NCBI GenBank assembly: GCA_964639965.1
Contig: CAZXGI010000008.1
Location: 22,742-64,437, forward strand
DNA: 41,696 bases
Source of the DNA: an uncultured Rhodospirillaceae bacterium
Lineage (GTDB): Bacteria > Pseudomonadota > Alphaproteobacteria > Rhodospirillales > UBA2165
Direction: 5' to 3'
The notes under the pieces were generated by a model that made no database searches, was not told the DNA's origin, and worked only from the letters and a program-made list of their open reading frames with translations. The translations under genes and the position numbers were made by a program. Shown piece after piece: positions 1 through 7,182 of this stretch (positions are counted from its first letter, which is position 1; each line of letters begins with the position of its first letter).

Positions 1-60
1 CTTTCGCCTCTTCCGCCGGAGCTTCCTCAGCTTTCGCCTCTTCCGCCGGAGCTTCTTTAG
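1..60. repeat. 30-bp tandem repeat, 2 copies visible, inside the rpsP tail
   Basis: ctttcgcctcttccgccggagcttcctcag (1-30) and ctttcgcctcttccgccggagcttctttag (31-60); encodes (K/E)EAPAEEAK(A) units on the minus strand. Confidence 0.9.
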
Positions 61-403
61 CTGCTTTCTCAGCTTCTTCCTTTTCTTTTATGCGCTCCAA
101 GGTTTTTGCTCGAGGAAGGTGTTTTTTAGTCTGCTCGGCATAAACTGGCTTCTCAATAATATCAGCCGCACCCAAAAAACGCGCAACACGATCTGTTGGC
201 AACGCACCATTTGCGAGCCAATGCCTAATCCGATCCTCCTTAAGCACAATTCTCTCCGGATGATCTTTAGCTACCATTGGATTATAAGTACCTAATCGTT
301 CGATAAATCTGCCGTCGCGTGGGCTCCGAGTATCCGCAACAACAATGCGATAAAACGGACGCTTTTTAGCTCCAGCGCGCGATAAACGAATTTTAGTAGA
401 CAT
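1..403 (-). CDS. rpsP: 30S ribosomal protein S16, 3' end runs off the window; long Ala/Glu/Lys/Pro-rich C-terminal extension
   Basis: Manual translation from ATG at 403: [43 protein letters not shown], the S16 N-terminus. Lies directly downstream of ffh, the usual arrangement. Not in the ORF track because there is no stop in the window. Confidence 0.97.
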   Translation of the reverse strand, partial: MSTKIRLSRAGAKKRPFYRIVVADTRSPRDGRFIERLGTYNPMVAKDHPERIVLKEDRIRHWLANGALPTDRVARFLGAADIIEKPVYAEQTKKHLPRAKTLERIKEKEEAEKAAKEAPAEEAKAEEAPAEEAK

Positions 404-447
404 TATATTTATTTCCTCTTTCTTTGCTTTGAATTAAAAATTTTAAC

Positions 448-1824
448 CTAGAACTTCATTCCTGGGGGTGGCATCATACCGCCAAGCATTCCATCGCTCA
501 TGCCAGGCATCATACCTTTCATCCCTTTCTTGCCCATTTTTTTCATCATATTAGCCATTTGCTGAAATTGTTTAAGCAAACGATTTACATCTTGTACACT
601 AGTTCCTGAACCGGCAGCAATTCGCTTTCGCCTTTTTGCATTCAATAATTTTGGATTTCGTCGCTCTTTTAATGTCATGGATAATATAATTGCTTCTTGT
701 CGTGCTATCATTCGATCATCAATGTTGGCCTCAGCAATTTGTTTTTTCATCTTACCAACACCAGGCAACATACCCATCAAACTATTGACATCACCCATAT
801 TTTTGACTTGAGCCAGCTGTTGCTGCAAATCCTCTAAAGTAAATTGACCCTTCATTGCACGCTTGGCAATTTTCTCTGCTTCAGCTTGATCCGCCACTTC
901 ACCGGCTTTCTCAACTAGGCCAACTATATCACCCATGCCAAGAATACGACTGGCTATACGCTCTGCCTGGAAAGTTTCAAGGGCATCGAGTTTTTCGCCA
1001 ACACCCATAAATTAAATTGGACAACCTGTAACCGAGCGCATGGAAAGAGCGGCGCCACCCCGAGCATCACCGTCAACTCTGGTGAGAACTATGCCAGTTA
1101 TCCCTATTTTTGCATTAAATTCCGACGCAACGTTAACAGCATCTTGACCTCCCATAGCATCAGCAACCAATAATATTTCGGCAGGGGCGACAACATTCCT
1201 AATTTCAGCAACTTCCTGCATAAGTTCTTGGTCTATTGCTAAACGACCAGCTGTATCAAGAATTACAACATCATAACCTTCCTGACGCCCTTTCACCATT
1301 GCTCGCTTTGCAATGCCTACTGGCTGCTCTCCAAATACAGGGGGTAAATCACTGACCTCGGCTTGAGATGCGAGTTGTGCAAGTTGATCCTGAGCTGCAG
1401 GACGCGCTACGTCCAGCCCTGCAACTAATACTTTTTTTCGATCTTTACTTTTTAGACGAAGGGCCAACTTAGCTGCCGTTGTTGTTTTTCCAGAACCCTG
1501 TAAACCAACCATTAAAATTGGTACGGGTGCGCTTGCGGCTAAATTAATGTCAGCATCTTCAGGGCCTAACATGTCTACTAGATGATCATTAACAATTTTT
1601 ACGACCATCTGTCCCGGTGTAACACTCTTTATAACATCACGACCAATGGCCTGCTTTTTAACACTTTCGATAAATTCTTTAACAACGGGCAAAGCAACAT
1701 CAGCTTCCAACAACGCAACACGGACCTCCCGCATAGCTTCGGAAACATCTTCCTGACTGAGCGCCCCTCTTTTTTTAAGGCGTTCAAAAATATCACCTAA
1801 TTTTTCGCTTAAACCATCAAACAC
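448..1824 (-). CDS. ffh: Signal recognition particle protein Ffh, interrupted by one in-frame TAA at 1012-1014
   Basis: ORFs 1012..1824 and 448..1008 share a frame. Motifs GLQGSGKTT, DTAGRL, TRVDGDARGG, then PI*FMGVGEK, and a Met-rich M domain with SMTLKER and RIAAGSG. Confidence 0.96.
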
Positions 1825-1849
1825 GCAAATTTAACCCTATATATAATAA

Positions 1850-1900
1850 GCAAAAAACGCCAGTGCGCGAAACTCGCGGACTGGCGGCGCCCCCTCACCG
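1850..1900 (-). ncRNA. Structured ffh 5' leader, probably the alphaproteobacterial 'ffh' leader RNA motif
   Basis: Minus strand reads CGCCAGU-C-CGCGA-GUU-UCGCG-C-ACUGGCG-UUUUUU, a 7+5 bp stem ending about 30 nt before the ffh GTG. GC-rich island in an AT-rich spacer. Family assignment is from memory, not a covariance search. Confidence 0.7.
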
Positions 1901-1968
1901 CTTTTATTAAACAAACAGATAATCCAATTGGAGACGTCACGAATTAAAATTTATCCGTAAAGGCGGGC

Positions 1969-1997
1969 AAGCTAGTGATATATGCATATTTAGTCAA
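1969..1997 (-). promoter_or_regulatory. Sigma70-type promoter for ffh-rpsP
   Basis: Minus strand TTGACT (1997-1992), 17-nt spacer, TAGCTT (1974-1969), followed by GC-rich GCCCGCC. Confidence 0.65.
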
Positions 1998-2281
1998 GCT
2001 ATTGATGATTTTAATCGAATGCATTTTATTGAAAATACCGCAATTCTTTATGTTAAGCGCTTAATTTACAATTAATCAATTCAACAAATTAAAAAAAGAT
2101 CTAATATATAAACCTTGTATATGGTGATGGTTCTCTTCTAGAACTAGCCGATAGAAAAAAATTTCTTAAAACTCTAACTATTGAGAGTGATACAGCAAAA
2201 CGTTGCGGATTCCCACCTCAATACCACGATATTTTAATCAGCTTAGAAAATGAATTTTAAACCCTATAATTAGAAAATTAG

Positions 2282-2310
2282 TGGACTTGAAGCCATTTCG
2301 GCTCTATATC
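2282..2310 (+). promoter_or_regulatory. Candidate sigma70 promoter giving a leaderless dapF mRNA
   Basis: TGGACT, 17 nt, TATATC, then 6 nt to the ATG at 2317; no SD sequence. Confidence 0.4.
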
Positions 2311-2316
2311 GCCAAT

Positions 2317-3132
2317 ATGGGTACTTTAAGATATACAAAAATGAATGGTGCGGGTAATGACTTTGTTGTTATAGATGGCAGAGATCGGCTAATACAACTT
2401 AATGCCAACCAGATACAAGCGATATGTGATCGCAGCAATGGAATTGGTTGCGACCAATTAATTATACTGGAAAAGACTGATGCAAAAGCTGATATCAGAA
2501 TGCGCATTCATAATGCAGATGGTGGAGAAGTCGAAGCCTGCGGAAATGCAGCCCGTTGTATTGGCAGATTTGTTATAGATGAAAAAGGTTCACGCTCTGC
2601 AACGATAGAAACTATGGCGGGCTTACTAACTGCGAAGAAAGTAACGGATGGCATTTTGATTGACATGGGCCCGGTATACCTTGAGTGGCAAGATATACCT
2701 CTGTCAGAGGCAATGGATACACTGTCACTTAATATAACTGAAGGACCTCTATCCAATCCGGTGGCAGTTGGTATTGGAAACCCGCATGCAATTTTCTTCG
2801 TTGACGATTTAACACAAATTGAACTAGAAAAAATTGGACCTATATTAGAATTCCATCATTTTTATCCCAATAGAACAAATGTTAGCGTAGCCCAGATATT
2901 ATCTCGCGAGAAGATACGCCTTCAAACCTGGGAACGGGGTGCGGGTATGACCCAAGCATGCGGAACCGGTGCCTGTGCGACACTTGTTGCTGCCGTGCGC
3001 CGAGAACTGACTGAGCGAAAAGCAATTGTTGAATTAAATGGCGGCAACCTAGATATAGAATGGCATGCCAATAATCATGTATTTATGTCCGGACCAACCG
3101 AGGTAAATCAATCGGGAATTTGGACGGTATAA
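2317..3132 (+). CDS. dapF: Diaminopimelate epimerase
   Basis: KMNGAGNDF, NADGGEVEACGNAARC, GNPH, ERGAGMTQACGTGAC (both catalytic Cys). The ATG at 2317 fits the family N-terminus better than the GTG at 2281. Confidence 0.97.
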   Translation: MGTLRYTKMNGAGNDFVVIDGRDRLIQLNANQIQAICDRSNGIGCDQLIILEKTDAKADIRMRIHNADGGEVEACGNAARCIGRFVIDEKGSRSATIETMAGLLTAKKVTDGILIDMGPVYLEWQDIPLSEAMDTLSLNITEGPLSNPVAVGIGNPHAIFFVDDLTQIELEKIGPILEFHHFYPNRTNVSVAQILSREKIRLQTWERGAGMTQACGTGACATLVAAVRRELTERKAIVELNGGNLDIEWHANNHVFMSGPTEVNQSGIWTV

Positions 3133-3235
3133 TTAGTTATACAGCAAATTCTTTATCCGCAACCCATAAACTACTTTTCGAGATTTGCTAACAATGACTT
3201 ATAAATACTACCAAAGTTCTTAGATAAAAAAACTC

Positions 3236-4261
3236 ATGATTCCTTATCTTTTATTCCCATTATTAATATTTTTCTCAGCCTCTTTGGGTGTAATTATTTC
3301 ACCGTTATGGGGTAGTGCACCTTTTGTTTTGATATTGGTGATTATTCCGATAATCGATTCACTTTTGCCAAAAATGCAAAATCCAGAAAAAAATTTAAAG
3401 AATGGAGTAACTTTTGACCTGACTTTAATCCTAGTATTCCCTTTCATAGTTATGTTATTTTTTTCAGGAATGTGGGTTGCTTCCGAAACAAATTCGATGC
3501 TAGGCGCTGGATTTTTAGGCGCTTCAATTGGCATGGCTACCGGATCAGTCGGCCTCCCTGCTGCCCACGAACTAATCCATAGAACAGGTAAAATATTTCA
3601 GAGCATAGGATTGTTGACATTATTGTTTTGTTTTTATGGCCATTTCAGGATTGAACATATTCACGGTCATCATTCAAAAGTAGCTACAGTATCTGACCCC
3701 GCAACAGCCCGCCTGGGAGAAAACGTTTATATTTTTCTTATTCGTTGCGTGACAAAGGGTTGGTGGTCAGCATGGAAAATAGAAAAAAGGCTTATTGAAA
3801 GAAAAGAACAGCCTCTATTCAGTTACAAAAACCGCATGATTTTATATTTTTTTCTGCAACTTATTCTTTTAATCAGCACGTGGTTTTTTTGTGATGTCAA
3901 GGGACTCATTTTCCTAACCACCCATACAGTGGTGGCTATTCTGCTCCTCGAAATTGTTGAATATATCCAGCATTATGGATTACAACGTCTAAAAACAGAC
4001 CAAGCTGAGATTGAACCATATAATAAAAAACACGCGTGGGATTGCCGCCATTGTGCAACCAATTGGTCAACGTTCAATCTAGGCTTGCACAGCGATCATC
4101 ACAGTAAACCTGGGAAAAGATTTCCGCTCCTCTCCAACCAAGCGCCACAAAATGAAATGCCGTTTAGTTATCCCATTATGATTTTGCTGGCACTAGTTCC
4201 ACCAATATGGTTCAAGATTATGAATCATAGAATAAAAAACAAAATTATACCTAGCTATTAA
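3236..4261 (+). CDS. alkB: Alkane 1-monooxygenase (AlkB) family membrane di-iron enzyme
   Basis: Multi-TM protein with His boxes HELIH, EHIHGHH, EYIQHYGL and LHSDHH, plus VATVSDPATARLGE and C-terminal LALVPPIW. Confidence 0.87.
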   Translation: MIPYLLFPLLIFFSASLGVIISPLWGSAPFVLILVIIPIIDSLLPKMQNPEKNLKNGVTFDLTLILVFPFIVMLFFSGMWVASETNSMLGAGFLGASIGMATGSVGLPAAHELIHRTGKIFQSIGLLTLLFCFYGHFRIEHIHGHHSKVATVSDPATARLGENVYIFLIRCVTKGWWSAWKIEKRLIERKEQPLFSYKNRMILYFFLQLILLISTWFFCDVKGLIFLTTHTVVAILLLEIVEYIQHYGLQRLKTDQAEIEPYNKKHAWDCRHCATNWSTFNLGLHSDHHSKPGKRFPLLSNQAPQNEMPFSYPIMILLALVPPIWFKIMNHRIKNKIIPSY

Positions 4262-5542
4262 ATGAGCAAAAAAATGACGAAATGCAGAAGGCCAGAAATT
4301 GTCACTTACGGATGCAGGCTCAACACTTTTGAGTCTGAAATTATTCGAAAACAAGCCGAAACAGCTGGTTTAGTCGAAACAGTAATTTTTAACACGTGTG
4401 CAGTGACGGCGGAGGCCGAACGAGAGGCGCTAAGTCAAATTAAAAAACTAAAACGTGACCAACCCAACTTAAGTATTATTGTTTCCGGATGTGCAGCTCA
4501 GATAGATCCAGAAAAATTTAAAAATATGGCAGAAGTTGATCTAGTATTAGGAAATGAAGAAAAACTTGAACTTGAAAGCTATCTTTTATCAAACCTAAAA
4601 GAGAAAATAATAATTTCAGATATTATGACAGTAAAAGAAATTGCTGGTCATTTGATCTCCGGATTTAAATCTCGCTCCCGAGCATTCATTCAGGTTCAGC
4701 AAGGTTGCAACCATCGGTGCACCTTTTGCGTCATTCCATTTGCTCGCGGAAACAGTCGATCTGTACCCATTGAGCATATTATTAAACAAATTAACGATAT
4801 AGTGGACAATGGTTATCGTGAAGTAGTGTTAACGGGCGTTGATATTACATCCTATGGAAACGATTTAATTGGAAAGCCATCTCTAGGTCAAATGATTCGC
4901 CACCTACTCATATCAGTTCCAAATTTAGAACGCCTCCGCCTCAGCTCTCTTGATCCAGCCGCGATAGATCGAGACTTATTAGAATTGTTTGCAAATGAAC
5001 CTCGCCTGATGCCGCATGTTCATTTAAGTGTGCAGGCCGGCAGTGATATAATCTTAAAACGGATGAAACGTCGGCATACTCGAAAGAATGTAATAGAACT
5101 ATGCAACCAAATGCGCGAAAGCAGGGCGAATATCGTTTTTGGTGCTGACTTGATCACTGGTTTTCCAACAGAGACTGAAGAATTATTTGACGAAACGATG
5201 CAGTTAGTTGACGAAGCTGACCTTACTTACCTCCACGTATTTCCATACTCTCCTAGGCCAAAAACTCCGGCGGTTCGAATGCCACAAATTGACGCTAAAA
5301 CCATAAAATATCGTTCAACCGCTTTGCGCAAAAAGGGCTTACAAAAGAAAGATGAATATTTTCATAGTCTTAAGGGTAAAATAACAAGTATTTTGGTAGA
5401 AAGTAAGAACCGAGGCTATACTGAAACTTTTGCACCAGTATCTTTAATTAATGAGCAGAAAAAAGGAGAGATCATTTCAGCTTTAATAACAAGCACCTCT
5501 CCAGATGGCCTAACAGCAGAACAAGCTCCAAGTGTAAATTAA
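4262..5542 (+). CDS. mtaB: tRNA t6A37 methylthiotransferase
   Basis: TYGCRLNTFES, NTCAVT, SGCAAQ, radical-SAM motif GCNHRCTFC; lies upstream of ftsY. Confidence 0.95.
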   Translation: MSKKMTKCRRPEIVTYGCRLNTFESEIIRKQAETAGLVETVIFNTCAVTAEAEREALSQIKKLKRDQPNLSIIVSGCAAQIDPEKFKNMAEVDLVLGNEEKLELESYLLSNLKEKIIISDIMTVKEIAGHLISGFKSRSRAFIQVQQGCNHRCTFCVIPFARGNSRSVPIEHIIKQINDIVDNGYREVVLTGVDITSYGNDLIGKPSLGQMIRHLLISVPNLERLRLSSLDPAAIDRDLLELFANEPRLMPHVHLSVQAGSDIILKRMKRRHTRKNVIELCNQMRESRANIVFGADLITGFPTETEELFDETMQLVDEADLTYLHVFPYSPRPKTPAVRMPQIDAKTIKYRSTALRKKGLQKKDEYFHSLKGKITSILVESKNRGYTETFAPVSLINEQKKGEIISALITSTSPDGLTAEQAPSVN

Positions 5543-6489
5543 TGACCACTAAAGAAAACGAAATTAAAAATGATAGTTGGCTATCACGTTTGACTGCAGG
5601 ACTTAGCAGTTCATCATCAAGGATCACGGAAAATATTAATAGTTTATTTGTAAAACGTAAACTAGATGCGGACACGATAGAAAAATTAGAAGAAATATTA
5701 ATAACCTCAGACTTGGGCGTTAACACGGCGAGTCGTTTGGTTCATTCAATAACATCTTCGCGTTTTGATAAAGAAATCACTCCAGAAGAAATCAAGGGGA
5801 TTTTAGCCACCGAAATAACTAAAATCTTGGAACCTGTTGCTATACCATTAAAGACCAATCCACATAATTTACCTCACGTTATTTTAGTTTGTGGCGTTAA
5901 CGGTGTTGGCAAAACGACTACTATAGGTAAACTTGCACAAACATACAAAGCTTCGGGTCAAAAGGTTGTTTTAGCCGCAGGTGATACATTTCGAGCAGCA
6001 GCAATTGAGCAATTAAAAATCTGGGGCAAACGCGCAGACTGTCAGGTTATCGCGTCTGAAATTGGAAAGGATGCCGCGAGCCTGGCTTTTGACGCATTTG
6101 AACAAGCAAAAAAATCAAAGGCTGATATTCTCTTGATAGATACCGCGGGCCGTCTACAAAACAAGAAAGAGTTTATGGCAGAACTAAGAAAAATCACCCG
6201 CGTAATCCGTAAAGTAGATGCCACAGCCCCCCACAGCTGTTTACTTGTGCTCGATGCTACCACCGGCCAAAACACCCATTCTCAAGTTGAGGTGTTTTCA
6301 GAAGAAATTAATATTACTGGTCTAATTGTAACAAAACTTGACGGTTCTTCAAAAGGTGGGGTTCTTGTATCATTAGCAGAAAAATATAAAGTTCCGGTCC
6401 ACGCAATTGGTATCGGCGAACAAATCGATGATCTGCGACCATTTAAGGCTAATGATTTTGCTAATTCTTTATTGGGACTTGATAAATGA
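5542..6489 (+). CDS. ftsY: SRP receptor FtsY, short NG-type form
   Basis: GVNGVGKTTTIGKLA, DTFRAAA, DTAGRL, TKLDGSSKGG, GIGE; TAATG overlap with the mtaB stop. Confidence 0.97.
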   Translation: MTTKENEIKNDSWLSRLTAGLSSSSSRITENINSLFVKRKLDADTIEKLEEILITSDLGVNTASRLVHSITSSRFDKEITPEEIKGILATEITKILEPVAIPLKTNPHNLPHVILVCGVNGVGKTTTIGKLAQTYKASGQKVVLAAGDTFRAAAIEQLKIWGKRADCQVIASEIGKDAASLAFDAFEQAKKSKADILLIDTAGRLQNKKEFMAELRKITRVIRKVDATAPHSCLLVLDATTGQNTHSQVEVFSEEINITGLIVTKLDGSSKGGVLVSLAEKYKVPVHAIGIGEQIDDLRPFKANDFANSLLGLDK

Positions 6490-6524
6490 ATTCTTGAACC
6501 AATAAAACTAAAGTCATCTTTTTA

Positions 6525-6770
6525 TTACACTCGAATATTCAAATAAAACCCTCGTGGAACATCGTCCCTTAGAGGCTTATCAGCATCAAGCGATTGATCA
6601 AGCTTGGCTAACGCTCGACGGAAGGCAGGTTCATCCATTGGCTTGGTAATCCTAGCCTGCCGATCAACTTCTTTTGAGGCTTCATATCCTGAAAGCGCCT
6701 GTTTGCGAAAGTTCCCAGGATACCTGAGTGGCTGGACAGTAGCCCCTACAGACCTATAATCATCAGTCAC
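6525..6770 (-). CDS. Hypothetical protein, 81 aa
   Basis: Only sizeable ORF in the gap. GTG start with AAGGG upstream; helical FRRALAKLDQSL segment and C-terminal PRGFYLNIRV. Confidence 0.7.
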   Translation of the reverse strand: MTDDYRSVGATVQPLRYPGNFRKQALSGYEASKEVDRQARITKPMDEPAFRRALAKLDQSLDADKPLRDDVPRGFYLNIRV

Positions 6771-7182
6771 TTATAGAATTACCCTTCTTATGTGAATTCA
6801 AGCCCAAGTACACTCACCTTTGCAACTATTAATTTTGTCCTCTTTGTGGCCCAAAAAAGTTAACAAATCCTATCTTCGCTTTAATCTTTTTTATAAAAAA
6901 AACAAATCTGCATTGACAGCCACTTAACACCCCAAGGTGATGGAGCGATCAGTAAGTATATTGCAAATAGCCAAGTTTATATACACCAATTGATTCTGGA
7001 TAGTTTAAAATAATTATACTCGATAAAACGAAAATCAATTTTGTCACTCAAGGTAAGATAAATTAGAAAATTTTATTTTTGCGTGACAACTAGAAAACAG
7101 TCTAACATAGAACGAGAAAAGCCCACTAGAATAATGATCAAGAAGCTAAACTAGCTACGAGTATTAAAAACGAGAAATTATC

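Noticed and set aside
1-60. 30-bp repeats as a CRISPR array
   Set aside because: The units are adjacent with no spacers, are in frame within rpsP, and no cas genes are present.
1012-1014. Genome-wide TAA reassignment (alternative genetic code)
   Set aside because: TAA ends many genes at their expected C-termini (dapF, mtaB, pgk, acnA, ccmC, ccmE), and no other gene shows an internal stop.
2061-2075. TTAA-N7-TTAA matching a CtrA box
   Set aside because: A single match in extremely AT-rich DNA, and the flanking genes are not typical CtrA targets.
448-6489. ffh and ftsY clustered divergently as a special SRP locus
   Set aside because: This is the ordinary alphaproteobacterial gene order. I saw no SRP RNA gene in the spacer.
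5542-6489. FtsY lacking the acidic A domain
   Set aside because: Short NG-type FtsY proteins are common in bacteria.
7040-7090. TTGTCAC...GTGACAA inverted pair upstream of the receptor gene
   Set aside because: Only 7 bp with a spacer of about 35 nt; not distinguishable from chance.
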